The translations under genes were made by a program, and so were the position numbers. Under the pieces are notes generated by a model that was given only the letters and a program-made list of their open reading frames with translations, did no database searches and was not told the DNA's origin. Below, piece after piece: positions 9,653 to 19,794 of a stretch of DNA of 58,445 nt. Every line of letters starts with the position of its first letter. The stretch's first letter is position 1. The DNA comes from an uncultured Clostridia bacterium (GTDB taxonomy: Bacteria > Bacillota > Clostridia > Christensenellales > UBA1242): NCBI GenBank assembly GCA_944350095.1, contig CALVOB010000018.1:1-58445 (forward strand), written 5' to 3'.

Positions 9653-10540
9653 TTAACTCCTTGGAATTTCAAAATTTCCATCATATTCAAAAGTATCTGT
9701 AAGCTCACCTGTTGTAGTCATGTACATGTTTCCTAATTGTTTTATAGAAACTTGATATTGTTCTTTAACACTTAATTTTAAAAGTCTAAAATTTTCATCT
9801 ATTTCAAATGTAATTTCTACAGATTCAAACTTTGGAAGTTTAGCTGAGCCTGATGTTGTTTTAATTTCATAGGAATAATTCATAACAGAAAAAGCATTGT
9901 CAAGTTTTAATTTAAATTCGTAATTGCCAAGTTCATTTTGCCCAAGATACTCTTCACTTTCAACAGTATTACTGCTAACAATATAATTCACAAAATATGT
10001 AATAGAACTACCATACATTTCTTTATATTCTTCAAGTGTTAGTTCTTTGGTAGGAGTGCTAGGAAATGTAGCCGAAGTTTCTTTAATAGAACTTCCTTCA
10101 TAATAGCCAACTTTATTATCTCCATTTGTATAATAAAGTCTAGTTGCAAGGCTAACTAGCCCGCTAGATATTTTCATTGAATAATATTCACCATTAGAAA
10201 GAATTTTTTCAGCATACAAACCTTGCGTTATTCCAGAAGCATTAACTTTGCCTTGTGTAATCTTTTTAACACTTTTTTCTTTATTCAAATTATACTCTGC
10301 TATTATAAAGTTATTTGTAGGGCTAATTTGGTCTGGAGTTTTGCCAGCATTTTCCGATAAAATTTTGCTAGCATTATCACGAACTCTTTCTTCCGATTCA
10401 GTAACTGCTACAACTTCTATCATAAATTTATCTATATAAAATTGCGCACCAAAATAACCTGTTATAGAAGCAAGCACTATTACTATAACAAGTGAAATAA
10501 TTGTTCTTTTGTGAAAAAAATTTTTAATTTTTGTTTTCAT
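9653..10540 (-). CDS. Single-pass membrane protein (295 aa), operon partner of the giant protein
   Basis: N-terminal TM (IISLVIVIVLASITGYF). Its stop lies 2 nt from the start of the downstream 1883-aa gene. Confidence 0.7.
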   Translation of the reverse strand: MKTKIKNFFHKRTIISLVIVIVLASITGYFGAQFYIDKFMIEVVAVTESEERVRDNASKILSENAGKTPDQISPTNNFIIAEYNLNKEKSVKKITQGKVNASGITQGLYAEKILSNGEYYSMKISSGLVSLATRLYYTNGDNKVGYYEGSSIKETSATFPSTPTKELTLEEYKEMYGSSITYFVNYIVSSNTVESEEYLGQNELGNYEFKLKLDNAFSVMNYSYEIKTTSGSAKLPKFESVEITFEIDENFRLLKLSVKEQYQVSIKQLGNMYMTTTGELTDTFEYDGNFEIPRS

Positions 10541-10738
10541 TTGCTTTTATTATTTATGCAAGCATTATATCAAATGCACACAAATTTTTAAAGTAAATTA
10601 ACAAAAAATTTATCATTTAACCTAAAGTTCTATACAAAGTTCCAAAAATTCCCGCTAAAAGAGAATAAAATTAAAGCTCGTACAATTTTTTTGTTGCAAA
10701 ATTATAAAAATTATGTTATTTATATAAAGAGGGTAAAA

Positions 10739-11611
10739 ATGAACGATTTTGCAAATCTTTTATACGAACTAAGAAAAAATAAACATTTAACACAAGCTGA
10801 ACTTGCTCAAAAAATTGGAGTTAGTAATAAAACTATAAGCAAGTGGGAAAATGGAGAAACCTATCCAGAAACAGCACAGTTGATTGCTTTATCAAGCTTG
10901 TTTAACATAACCATAGATGAACTTTTAAAAGGAAAAATAAAAGAAAAAAATTTAACACCAATAAATAACATTGAAAACACGGAAAACAAAGAAAATAATA
11001 ATAAAGAAATAAATAAAAAAATAGAGCCATCTCCCCTAACAAAGAAAATGGCAATACAAATAATTATAGAACTCGCGCTAATATTTGCCGACATCATTAT
11101 TTTAGTTACTTGTATGGCTTTTGATGTTCCATATCAAATTTATGTATCAATCATAATTGCAAGCATTGCACTAGCCTGCTCTATATTTTTAGACATGAGC
11201 ATATCTAAATCGTTGGAAAATAAAAATTTAAGTTTGGGAAAAAGGTACATACATTATATTTCAGCAGGAGTTTTTTTAACAATAATTTGCCCTATTATTA
11301 TTGTTTGTTTACATGAATTTGTTAGTTTTGGAGTTTATCTTCCAATATTTTTTACACTCCTTGTATTTGCACTTTCATTTCTTATTTACGGCGAAATTAT
11401 GTATGATAGCTTTGAAAGAGAAATAGGAATAAAAAATCCAGACCATTCCACAAATTTTTTTGATTCTGTTTCAGGAATATTATTAATTACTGCAACAGCT
11501 ATTTTTATTTTGGTTGGTTTAATGTTTAGAATTTGGCACCCTGCTTGGATTCTCTTCCCTGTTAGTGGCATTATTATTACAATCATAAACAGCTTTAAAC
11601 ATTTAAAATAA
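10739..11611 (+). CDS. XRE-family HTH protein fused to a multi-TM domain
   Basis: LRKNKHLTQAELAQKIGVSNKTISKWENGETYP HTH, followed by several hydrophobic helices. Start at 10739 after GAGGG. Confidence 0.75.
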   Translation: MNDFANLLYELRKNKHLTQAELAQKIGVSNKTISKWENGETYPETAQLIALSSLFNITIDELLKGKIKEKNLTPINNIENTENKENNNKEINKKIEPSPLTKKMAIQIIIELALIFADIIILVTCMAFDVPYQIYVSIIIASIALACSIFLDMSISKSLENKNLSLGKRYIHYISAGVFLTIICPIIIVCLHEFVSFGVYLPIFFTLLVFALSFLIYGEIMYDSFEREIGIKNPDHSTNFFDSVSGILLITATAIFILVGLMFRIWHPAWILFPVSGIIITIINSFKHLK

Positions 11612-11616
11612 AAATA

Positions 11617-11634
11617 TTTTTTTTTTTTTTTTTT
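11617..11634. repeat. T18 homopolymer
   Basis: Eighteen consecutive T counted directly, between convergent gene ends. Confidence 0.9.
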
Positions 11635-11807
11635 AAAAAATTTTAAAAAATTAAATTTCAATTAACTTTTATCTACTCAACTTTAATCTTATGTATATTT
11701 TAAATTTTTAAAATTTGACTTATTTGGTTTTTATTAACTTAGAGATTAAACATTAAACTTTTAATAATTAAATTTATTATAATCAAATTTATTATTATTT
11801 AAAAAAT

Positions 11808-13682
11808 TTAAAAATTAGAAGAATTAGCAGTCCATAACAAACTTTTTGGAAAAGGATATCCATTATTTATTAAAGAATTTGACACCCAATATGATGTACT
11901 TAGCCCACTGCCTACCAAACTTTTTATTTCATAATTAGTTTTTGTTGTGTATTTTACAGTGTTATTAAAACTTGTTGTATATAAGTCAGCTGTACGATAA
12001 CCTGTTTCTTCTTGTGAGCCAGTATCATACATATCTACAATAGGAGGATAAGGACTATTCTTATATTCCACATAATAATATCTAAATCTTATAGTAAAAT
12101 TTGTTGTATCTCCAGATTTAGAAATTATTACATGGGTTTGTAAAGCATCATCAACAGGTCCAAAATGTCCTGAATCATCAAATGTAAAAGTATTGTTGCT
12201 ACTAGAGTAATTTTCTAATGAACTCCAAGTATTACCATAAAAAAATTCAGGTGTATAATAAGCATCTTTCCATTGTTTTATATCACTGTAGCACGAAAAA
12301 TTTCCGCTAACATTATAATCGTAACTACCTCTTCCATAACAATTGGAATTAGATAAATTTGTATTCCCATTTATCGGTGAATAATAATATTTGTTAACAT
12401 ATGAAAAATAAATTTTTGATGCTTCAAATTGCCCAAACCAATTAGATAAAGAAGGAGACAACGGCTCATCGTAATAAAAATAAACATATGTAAATGTACA
12501 GCTTTTGGTTTGTTTTCCACCAGTAATTGAACCTATATTATAACATTGAGTTGGAGATATAGTAGTATAGCCACTAATTCCTCCCGCATAAGCAGAGATA
12601 GTATAGGTATAAATGATATTTGCATCTGAAACTTTCCAGTTTTTTTCTAAAGCATAATAGTATTTAGATACATATTGAAATGCAAGTTTTGCATTACTAT
12701 CACTTATATCTTTAGTTTCTTTTTTTTGCTTACTATAAGAATAGATGTTTCCAGAATTTCCACAATAACTTATAGTCCCAGAATAGCCAGTTATCCCACC
12801 TGCATAAGATGTTGAAGTAGAACTTGAAGATCCTGCTGTAATTGCACCTTTATTATAACATTCTGTAATTGTTGTTCCTCGCCCTGCTATTCCACCCGCA
12901 TATAAAATTTGATTATTATCAAAATTAGATTGTTTACAAATTATGCTTCCATTATTGTATGATTTTGTTATTGTTCCTAAAGATGCATATCCTATAATTC
13001 CGCCTGCATATCCATAACCTGTTGTTCCTGTTAAAGTAGTATAAACATTTGCAGTGTTTTTACATTCACTTATTTTACCGCTACTTCCATACATATAGCC
13101 AACAATGCCACCCGCATATTTTGAAGATGAAATGGATGCAGAAATATTAACACAATTTGAAATAGTAGAATTATAACAATAACCAGCAATTGCACCTGCA
13201 TATTCCGCATACAAACTTCCGCCCGCTATTGTTACATTATCTATATTTGCATTGTAAATAAATCCAAACAATCCTCCATAAGTTGATGAAGTAACATTGC
13301 AATATAAACCTGTAATTCTATATGCATTTCCATTAAAATTACCATCAAATGAATAGCCATTTCCTATTGGAACCCACGAGTAACTAGATAAATCGATATC
13401 TGCACCTAATTCAAAATACTTTTCACTATAAGATGTACCATTATTTACATTATAAGCCAAACTTGCAAGTTGTTCAGCTGAGGAAATAACATAAGGATTT
13501 GTAGAACTACCCGTTCCACTATCATACGCAAGTTCAGTTATATAGTTTGCTACTAAATAATCAGACCAAGACATTGTCCTTTCATTTTTTGGCAAGAAAA
13601 AACTTACACAAATTGCTAAAAGCAAAACAATAATACAAACTAGTAAATATATTGTATTAAAATTTGCTTTTGATGATTTCAT
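11808..13682 (-). CDS. GLUG-motif surface protein (624 aa), N-terminal TM anchor
   Basis: Repeated GGLFG / AGGI(A/V)GY..I..C.N motifs (GLUG motif). C-terminal LINNGYPFPK..W. Confidence 0.75.
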   Translation of the reverse strand: MKSSKANFNTIYLLVCIIVLLLAICVSFFLPKNERTMSWSDYLVANYITELAYDSGTGSSTNPYVISSAEQLASLAYNVNNGTSYSEKYFELGADIDLSSYSWVPIGNGYSFDGNFNGNAYRITGLYCNVTSSTYGGLFGFIYNANIDNVTIAGGSLYAEYAGAIAGYCYNSTISNCVNISASISSSKYAGGIVGYMYGSSGKISECKNTANVYTTLTGTTGYGYAGGIIGYASLGTITKSYNNGSIICKQSNFDNNQILYAGGIAGRGTTITECYNKGAITAGSSSSTSTSYAGGITGYSGTISYCGNSGNIYSYSKQKKETKDISDSNAKLAFQYVSKYYYALEKNWKVSDANIIYTYTISAYAGGISGYTTISPTQCYNIGSITGGKQTKSCTFTYVYFYYDEPLSPSLSNWFGQFEASKIYFSYVNKYYYSPINGNTNLSNSNCYGRGSYDYNVSGNFSCYSDIKQWKDAYYTPEFFYGNTWSSLENYSSSNNTFTFDDSGHFGPVDDALQTHVIISKSGDTTNFTIRFRYYYVEYKNSPYPPIVDMYDTGSQEETGYRTADLYTTSFNNTVKYTTKTNYEIKSLVGSGLSTSYWVSNSLINNGYPFPKSLLWTANSSNF

Positions 13683-13715
13683 AATATCTCCTAATTTATC
13701 TTAAATATTTTTTAG

Positions 13716-13743
13716 AATGTTTGTCAATTATTTGACAAACATT
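13716..13743. promoter_or_regulatory. Perfect 12-bp inverted repeat AATGTTTGTCAA-ttat-TTGACAAACATT
   Basis: Read directly. The left arm supplies a minus-strand TTGACA, 17 nt upstream of TAAGAT, for the GLUG gene. Confidence 0.4.
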
Positions 13744-13784
13744 TGTTATTTTTTCTTAAAAATAAAAATTAATTTATATTTACT

Positions 13785-13812
13785 TTGTAAAAAAATATTA
13801 AAATAGTATAAT
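13785..13812 (+). promoter_or_regulatory. Candidate glpK promoter TTGTAA-16 nt-TATAAT
   Basis: Hexamers read directly, 18 nt upstream of the glpK ATG region. Confidence 0.5.
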
Positions 13813-13829
13813 AGAATTAGGAGTAAGCA

Positions 13830-15281
13830 ATGGAAAAGAAATATATAATTGGAATTGATGAGGGAACTACAAATGCAAGAGTTGTACTTTATGATATAAA
13901 AAAACATTCTATTATTAAGCAAGAAAGTAAAAGTTTTAAGCAATTTTATCCTAATCCTGGTTGGGTTGAACATGATGCGGAAGAAATTTATAAGGCTGTT
14001 GAAAGTTGTTTAAATTCTATTCTTCAAGGGCTTACAAAAGAAGAAATTTTTGGAATAGGTATAACAAATCAGCGAGAAAGCGTTGTGGCGTGGAACAAAA
14101 AAACAGGAAAGCCAGCTTGCAAAAGCATTGTTTGGCAATGTAGACGAACAGAAAAATTTTGCGAAAATTTAAGTTCTAAAATTAAAAAACAAATAAAGAA
14201 AAAGACAGGGCTTATTGTAGATGCTTATTTTTCCGCATCAAAAATGAAATGGATTCTTGAAAATTCTGAAAAAGCAAGAAAGCTTAATGATGAAAATAAT
14301 CTTTGTTTTGGCACAATAGATAGCTTTTTACTATATAAATTAACACACGGAAAAGTATTTGCAACTGATATTACAAATGCAAGTAGAACTATGCTTTTTA
14401 ATATCAACACTCTTGCTTGGGATAAAGACCTTTTAAAATTTTTTAATATCAAAGAAAATTCACTTCCTAAAATTGTTTCAAATTCTGAGATTTTAGGTTC
14501 AGCTAAAACAATAGTCGGAGAAATTCCTATCGCTTCTATGATAGGCGACCAACAGTCCGCCCTATTTGGTCAAGGCTGTTTTTATAAAGGCATGGCAAAA
14601 GATACTTTTGGCACTGGCTGTTTTTTACTTTATAATTCAGGCGACAAGCCTATTTCCTCAAATAAATTATTAACAGATATAGCTTGGAAAATCCATGGTA
14701 AAACTACTTATGCTCTTGAAGGTAGTGTTTTTAATGCAGGAAGTGCAATCACTTGGCTTGTTGAAAATATGGAAATTATTTCTACACCAAAAGAAACTAA
14801 TGAGATAGATAAAAAAGCACCTTCTAACCTTGGTGTTTACTTTGTGCCTGCATTTACTGGACTTGGTGCTCCACATTGGAAAGGCGAAGTTCGCGGAAGT
14901 ATAACAGGTTTAACACGCGGAACAAATAAATATCATATTGTTAGAGCTTGTCTAGAAAGCATGGTTTATAGTTCGCAAGATATACTTGACCTTATGGGCG
15001 AAATTACAGAACTTAGATGTGACGGAGGAGTTACCAATAGCGACTTTTTACTTCAATTTTTAGCCGACCTATCCCGCCTAAAAGTTACAAGGCAAAAAAG
15101 CGTAGAAGCCACAGTTCTTGGAGCAATTTACCTAGCTGGACTTGCTACCGGAGCATTTAAAGATTTAAATGAAATTTCAAAAATTATTAAACCAGCTAAA
15201 ACATTTATTCCAAAAGAAAACCCAGCTAAAATGCAAGAATATTATGACGGCTGGAAAAAAGCAATAGAACACATTTATTAA
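13830..15281 (+). CDS. glpK: Glycerol kinase
   Basis: YIIGIDEGTTNARVVLYD N-terminus, GDQQSALFGQ motif, FGGY-family length. Confidence 0.9.
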   Translation: MEKKYIIGIDEGTTNARVVLYDIKKHSIIKQESKSFKQFYPNPGWVEHDAEEIYKAVESCLNSILQGLTKEEIFGIGITNQRESVVAWNKKTGKPACKSIVWQCRRTEKFCENLSSKIKKQIKKKTGLIVDAYFSASKMKWILENSEKARKLNDENNLCFGTIDSFLLYKLTHGKVFATDITNASRTMLFNINTLAWDKDLLKFFNIKENSLPKIVSNSEILGSAKTIVGEIPIASMIGDQQSALFGQGCFYKGMAKDTFGTGCFLLYNSGDKPISSNKLLTDIAWKIHGKTTYALEGSVFNAGSAITWLVENMEIISTPKETNEIDKKAPSNLGVYFVPAFTGLGAPHWKGEVRGSITGLTRGTNKYHIVRACLESMVYSSQDILDLMGEITELRCDGGVTNSDFLLQFLADLSRLKVTRQKSVEATVLGAIYLAGLATGAFKDLNEISKIIKPAKTFIPKENPAKMQEYYDGWKKAIEHIY

Positions 15282-15292
15282 AAGGAGTATAT

Positions 15293-16165
15293 ATGATTGA
15301 AAATAAATTTAAATCGTTTGACGGAAAAGAACTTCATTATTATTTACTTGAAGCGAAAGAGCCAAAGGCTGTTGTACAAATAATTCATGGAATGCAAGAA
15401 CATGCAAAAAGATATATTCCATTCATGGAATTTTTACAATCTAATGGCTTTACAGTTTTTGCCTCAGACCTTAGAGGACATGGCGAAAATATAGAAGAAA
15501 TTCCAGGTTATAGCGATGGAGATATCTTTCAAGAAATTGTAAAAGACCAAATTGAAATAACTAAATATTTAAAAGAAAAATACAATTTGCCTGTGTACAT
15601 TTTCGGACATTCATTTGGAAGTTTTATAACACAGTATTATATTGAAAATTCAAATAACATTGCAAGTAAAGCCGTTATTTGCGGTTCAACTTACACAAAA
15701 AGCCCACTTTATACTTTTGGAAAAATATTTGCAAAACTTACTTGTATTTTTAAAGGCAAGAAACATGAGGCAAAATTTATTGAAAATATGTCACTTAAAG
15801 GATACGGAAAAAAATTTGAAGATGGAAATTGGCTTTCAAGAGATAAAGAAAATTGGGAAAGATATAAAGCTGATAAATTTTGCGGACAACCCTTCCCTGC
15901 AAATTTTTATTTAAGTATGTTTAAAAACATGGGAAAAAATTATAAAAGTATAAAAAATATAAAAATTCCTCTTTTAATTATAAGTGGAACACAGGACCCT
16001 GTAAGTGGAAAAAATGCAAGAGGTGCTGAAAAACTTTATAAAACATACAAAGAAGACAATCTTGATGTTTCACTAATACTTTACGACAGAGCAAGACATG
16101 AATTACTAAATGAAACAAATAAAGATGAGGTTTATAGAGATATATTGGAATTCTTTTTAAAATAA
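15293..16165 (+). CDS. Alpha/beta hydrolase (lysophospholipase / monoacylglycerol lipase-like)
   Basis: GHSFGS nucleophile elbow and RGHG motif. Lies 11 nt downstream of glpK. Confidence 0.75.
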   Translation: MIENKFKSFDGKELHYYLLEAKEPKAVVQIIHGMQEHAKRYIPFMEFLQSNGFTVFASDLRGHGENIEEIPGYSDGDIFQEIVKDQIEITKYLKEKYNLPVYIFGHSFGSFITQYYIENSNNIASKAVICGSTYTKSPLYTFGKIFAKLTCIFKGKKHEAKFIENMSLKGYGKKFEDGNWLSRDKENWERYKADKFCGQPFPANFYLSMFKNMGKNYKSIKNIKIPLLIISGTQDPVSGKNARGAEKLYKTYKEDNLDVSLILYDRARHELLNETNKDEVYRDILEFFLK

Positions 16166-16342
16166 AATTAAATGTATATTTAAAAAATTAATATTTAATC
16201 ATTTTATGTTTTGATATTTTTTTAAATATTTTAAGCTGAAATTTCAAAAGTTTTAAAATATTTTAGGCATTTTATACCCAAATTTTTATTAAAATATTTT
16301 ACACCTTTTGTATTTTTTATTTTGCATTATAAAATGATTAAT

Positions 16343-16383
16343 AAAAAACTTAGGCAAGAAATTTTTGCCTAAGTTTATTTTTT
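16343..16383. terminator. Bidirectional rho-independent terminator
   Basis: AAACTTAGGCAA/TTGCCTAAGTTT stem flanked by an A-run and a T-run, between convergent genes. Confidence 0.7.
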
Positions 16384-16390
16384 GGTATTT

Positions 16391-17077
16391 CTAAATAAAT
16401 AATATTGCACTAGCAATTAATATTTGACCTATATAATAGGTTAACAAATTAAATGTATAAACTATATCTTTTGTATCCTTTTTGAAATAGATAAACGATA
16501 AAATCAAATCTGATAGAGCAAAGAATATTACACCCAACATAAATAGTAGTCCTGCAAGAGTATAGCCATTTAAAGCCAAACTCATTATTCCCTGCCCAAG
16601 AACAGTCATTAAAAGTATAGAATATATAGCTACAATTATTCTAAATTTATCAAAATTCAATTTTAACATTTTTTCAGATAAAAGTAGCATTAAAGTTAAT
16701 AAACCACCTATTAAGAACGACCACCAAGTAAATCCATATAAAAATATAAGCCCCAACAAATACATTATTTGCGTAACACAAAAAGAGCCAAAACCAGCAA
16801 ATAGTGCACCCTCTTCATGTTTATCTTTAAAATCTTTTCCTGCAAGATATAAATCTCCAAATATACTTGCAGTAAGACCAATTAAAATAAATAGAACAGG
16901 AAATGTAAGAGCTTCATTCATAAAAGTACAAACAAGTGCTAGCACCATAAAAGCAAAACTAGAAATTCCCTTTAATAAAGAATTCATTGCAGGTTTTGCT
17001 GGGTCTCTCCAAATTAAAAACAATGCTGTTACTATTACCGCAAACCCTAAAATACAATAAAATGGAATATAATTCAC
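16391..17077 (-). CDS. YhhN-family (lysoplasmalogenase-like) membrane protein
   Basis: About 8 TM helices with FGDLYL and ALSDLIL motifs resembling the YhhN family. Confidence 0.5.
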   Translation of the reverse strand: MNYIPFYCILGFAVIVTALFLIWRDPAKPAMNSLLKGISSFAFMVLALVCTFMNEALTFPVLFILIGLTASIFGDLYLAGKDFKDKHEEGALFAGFGSFCVTQIMYLLGLIFLYGFTWWSFLIGGLLTLMLLLSEKMLKLNFDKFRIIVAIYSILLMTVLGQGIMSLALNGYTLAGLLFMLGVIFFALSDLILSFIYFKKDTKDIVYTFNLLTYYIGQILIASAILFI

Positions 17078-17160
17078 TTTTTCACCTCTAAAAAGATTAT
17101 ATCAAAAATTATTGCATGTTCAAAATGATTTAAACATATTTTATATTTTTTAATTTATTC

Positions 17161-17190
17161 TTGCATAGTACATTTAAATTATGATATAAT
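17161..17190 (+). promoter_or_regulatory. Promoter TTGCAT-18 nt-(TG)aTATAAT
   Basis: Read directly upstream of the ABC-F gene. Extended -10 TG at 17182-17183. Confidence 0.55.
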
Positions 17191-17212
17191 CCACTAGAAA
17201 AGCGAGGTAATT

Positions 17213-18781
17213 ATGCTACAAGCTATAAATGTATCTCTTCAATTTGGTGGAAGAGTTCTTTTTAAAGATGTAAATTTAAAATTTACAAAAGGTAATTGTT
17301 ATGGAATTATTGGTGCAAATGGTGCTGGCAAATCCACTTTTTTAAAAATTTTAACAGGCGAAATAGAACCAAACAAAGGCGAAGTTATAAAAGACCCTAA
17401 TGAAAGAATGAGTGTTCTTGTTCAAAATCAAAACGCTTATGATAATAACACGGTTCTTGAAACTGTTTTATTAGGACACAAACGCTTACATGAAATAGAA
17501 GAAGAAAAAAATGCTCTTTATTCAAAAGCAGATTTTAGCGAAGAAGACGGAATTAGAGCCGCAGAACTTGAAACAGAATATGCAGACCTTGGTGGCTGGG
17601 AGGCTGACGGAGAAGCTAAAACACTTTTAAAAGAAATAGGTATTTCTGAAAACGATTTTGATAAGCTTATGAGCGATATGGACCCTAAACAAAAAGTAAA
17701 AGTTCTTCTTGCTCAAGCACTTTTTGGCAATCCTGACATTTTAATTTTAGATGAGCCTACAAACAACTTAGATTTTAAAACTGTAAGGTGGCTAGAAAAC
17801 TTTTTATTAGATTTTGAAAACACTGTCATAATCGTTTCTCACAACCGCCATTTTTTGAATAAGGTTTGTACTCATATTTGTGATGTAGATTATGGTCAAA
17901 TTAACATGTATTTAGGAAATTACGATTTTTGGTATGAAACTAGCCAACTTATGCTCCGTCAAAGCAAAGAACAAAATAAAAAAGCAGAACAACGCGCAAA
18001 AGAACTTAAAGAATTTATTGCAAGATTTAGTGCAAACGCTTCAAAATCTCGTCAAGCTACTTCTAGAAAAAAAGAACTTGAAAAACTAACAATAGACGAT
18101 TTTAAGCCTTCTTCCAGAAAATATCCTTATATTAATTTTGAATTCACGCAAGAACCTGGAAAAGAAATTTTAATTGTTAAAAACTTAACAAAAAAAGGTT
18201 TTTTTAACAATATTTCTTTTACAATTAATGCTGGCGACAAAGTGGCAATTCTTTGCAACAATAGCTTAACCCCTACAATGCTTTTTGAAATTTTAAACGG
18301 AAACATAGAGCCAGATAGTGGCCATGTACATTGGGGTAAAACCATTAAACACACTTATTTAATGCAAAACAATAATCCTTATTTTGAAAACTGTTCACTT
18401 TCAATTGTTGATTGGCTAAGACAATATTCAAAAGACCAAACAGAAGCTTACATTCGTGGCTGGCTAGGAAGAATGTTGTTTTCTGGCGAAGAAGCCTTGA
18501 AACCTGTAAACGTGCTTTCTGGTGGAGAAAAAGTTAGATGTATGTTTGCTAAAATGATGTTAGAGGCTGGGAACTTTATACTATTAGATGAGCCCACAAA
18601 CCACTTAGACCTAGAAAGCATTACTGCACTAAACAAAGGTATGATAAATTTTAAAGGCTCAATGATATTTGCAAGTCACGACCAAGAAATTGTTGAAACA
18701 GTAGCAAACCGTATTTTCGACTTTGTAGATGAGAACACATTTATAGATAAAATGTGCACTTATGAAGATTATGTAAAGTAA
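17213..18781 (+). CDS. ABC-F family ATPase (two ABC domains, no TM domain)
   Basis: GANGAGKSTFLK Walker A, LSGGEKVRC signature, duplicated ATPase domain, linker rich in K/E/Q. Confidence 0.85.
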   Translation: MLQAINVSLQFGGRVLFKDVNLKFTKGNCYGIIGANGAGKSTFLKILTGEIEPNKGEVIKDPNERMSVLVQNQNAYDNNTVLETVLLGHKRLHEIEEEKNALYSKADFSEEDGIRAAELETEYADLGGWEADGEAKTLLKEIGISENDFDKLMSDMDPKQKVKVLLAQALFGNPDILILDEPTNNLDFKTVRWLENFLLDFENTVIIVSHNRHFLNKVCTHICDVDYGQINMYLGNYDFWYETSQLMLRQSKEQNKKAEQRAKELKEFIARFSANASKSRQATSRKKELEKLTIDDFKPSSRKYPYINFEFTQEPGKEILIVKNLTKKGFFNNISFTINAGDKVAILCNNSLTPTMLFEILNGNIEPDSGHVHWGKTIKHTYLMQNNNPYFENCSLSIVDWLRQYSKDQTEAYIRGWLGRMLFSGEEALKPVNVLSGGEKVRCMFAKMMLEAGNFILLDEPTNHLDLESITALNKGMINFKGSMIFASHDQEIVETVANRIFDFVDENTFIDKMCTYEDYVK

Positions 18782-18806
18782 GAATTAAAATTAAATTTAT
18801 AACAAT

Positions 18807-18872
18807 AAAACACAAGTTTTTGAAATACCTTAAAAAATTTGAATTTTTAAGGACTTCATTTACTTGTGTTTT
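18807..18872. terminator. Nested hairpin terminator between convergent genes
   Basis: AAAACACAAGT/ACTTGTGTTTT outer stem with inner CCTTAAAAA/TTTTTAAGG, followed by a T-run. Confidence 0.6.
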
Positions 18873-18896
18873 TATTTTTGTTTAAATTAAAATTAT

Positions 18897-19784
18897 TTAA
18901 TCTAATTTATATCCAAAGTCTTCTATTTCACTTTCTATGTCACGCCAATTTTTTTTAACTCTTACAAAGCATTCAAGCATTACTTTCTTCCCTAACATTT
19001 CCTCTATTTCAGGACGCGCACGAGAAGCAATTTCTTTAATCTTTGAACCATTTTTCCCTATAACTATACTTTTATGGCTTTCTTTTTCACAAATAATATC
19101 CACATTTATGTGTGCAATTTTTCCGCTTTCATCAAAATGCGTTATGTTAATTGCTAAACCATGTGGAAGTTCCTCATTTAATAGCAATAAGGCTTTTTCA
19201 CGAATTATCTCTGCTGTCATGAAACGCACAGATTTATCTGTATACATATCTTCATCAAATTGAAAATTTTTTGTGTCTTGTTCAGGAAGAATTTTTAAAA
19301 TTTCTTTTATAACTTCATCTAAATTCCTGTTTTTATAGCTTGAAAATGGTATTATAGCCTTTATTTCTTTATTTTCACCTAAAGATTTTATAATAGGATA
19401 AATTTTCTCATAGCTCCCTGCATCAACTTTGCTAATACCCACTATTGTTGGAGCTGTATCTGTTAATTTTTTAATATAATCTTTTTCCTCTTCTTTATAT
19501 CTAGTTCCATCTACAACATATAAAATTACATCTACGCCAGCAACCACATTGCGAACATTTTTCATCATATATTTATCTAATTTATTTTTACTCCTATGAA
19601 GCCCCGGAGTATCAACAAATACAAGTTGATAATTGTCCCTAGTTAATATTCCCATAATATTATCTCTTGTAGTTTGTTTCTTTGGAGACACAATAGAAAC
19701 CTTTTCTCCTACAAGAGAATTGACTAATGTGCTTTTGCCCGCATTTGTATTTCCTACAACTCCAACATATCCAAATTTAAACAA
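18897..19784 (-). CDS. era: GTPase Era
   Basis: GNTNAGKSTLVN G1, DTPG G3, C-terminal KH domain. TTG start after GGAGGGAG. Confidence 0.9.
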   Translation of the reverse strand: MFKFGYVGVVGNTNAGKSTLVNSLVGEKVSIVSPKKQTTRDNIMGILTRDNYQLVFVDTPGLHRSKNKLDKYMMKNVRNVVAGVDVILYVVDGTRYKEEEKDYIKKLTDTAPTIVGISKVDAGSYEKIYPIIKSLGENKEIKAIIPFSSYKNRNLDEVIKEILKILPEQDTKNFQFDEDMYTDKSVRFMTAEIIREKALLLLNEELPHGLAINITHFDESGKIAHINVDIICEKESHKSIVIGKNGSKIKEIASRARPEIEEMLGKKVMLECFVRVKKNWRDIESEIEDFGYKLD

Positions 19785-19794
19785 AATCTCCCTC

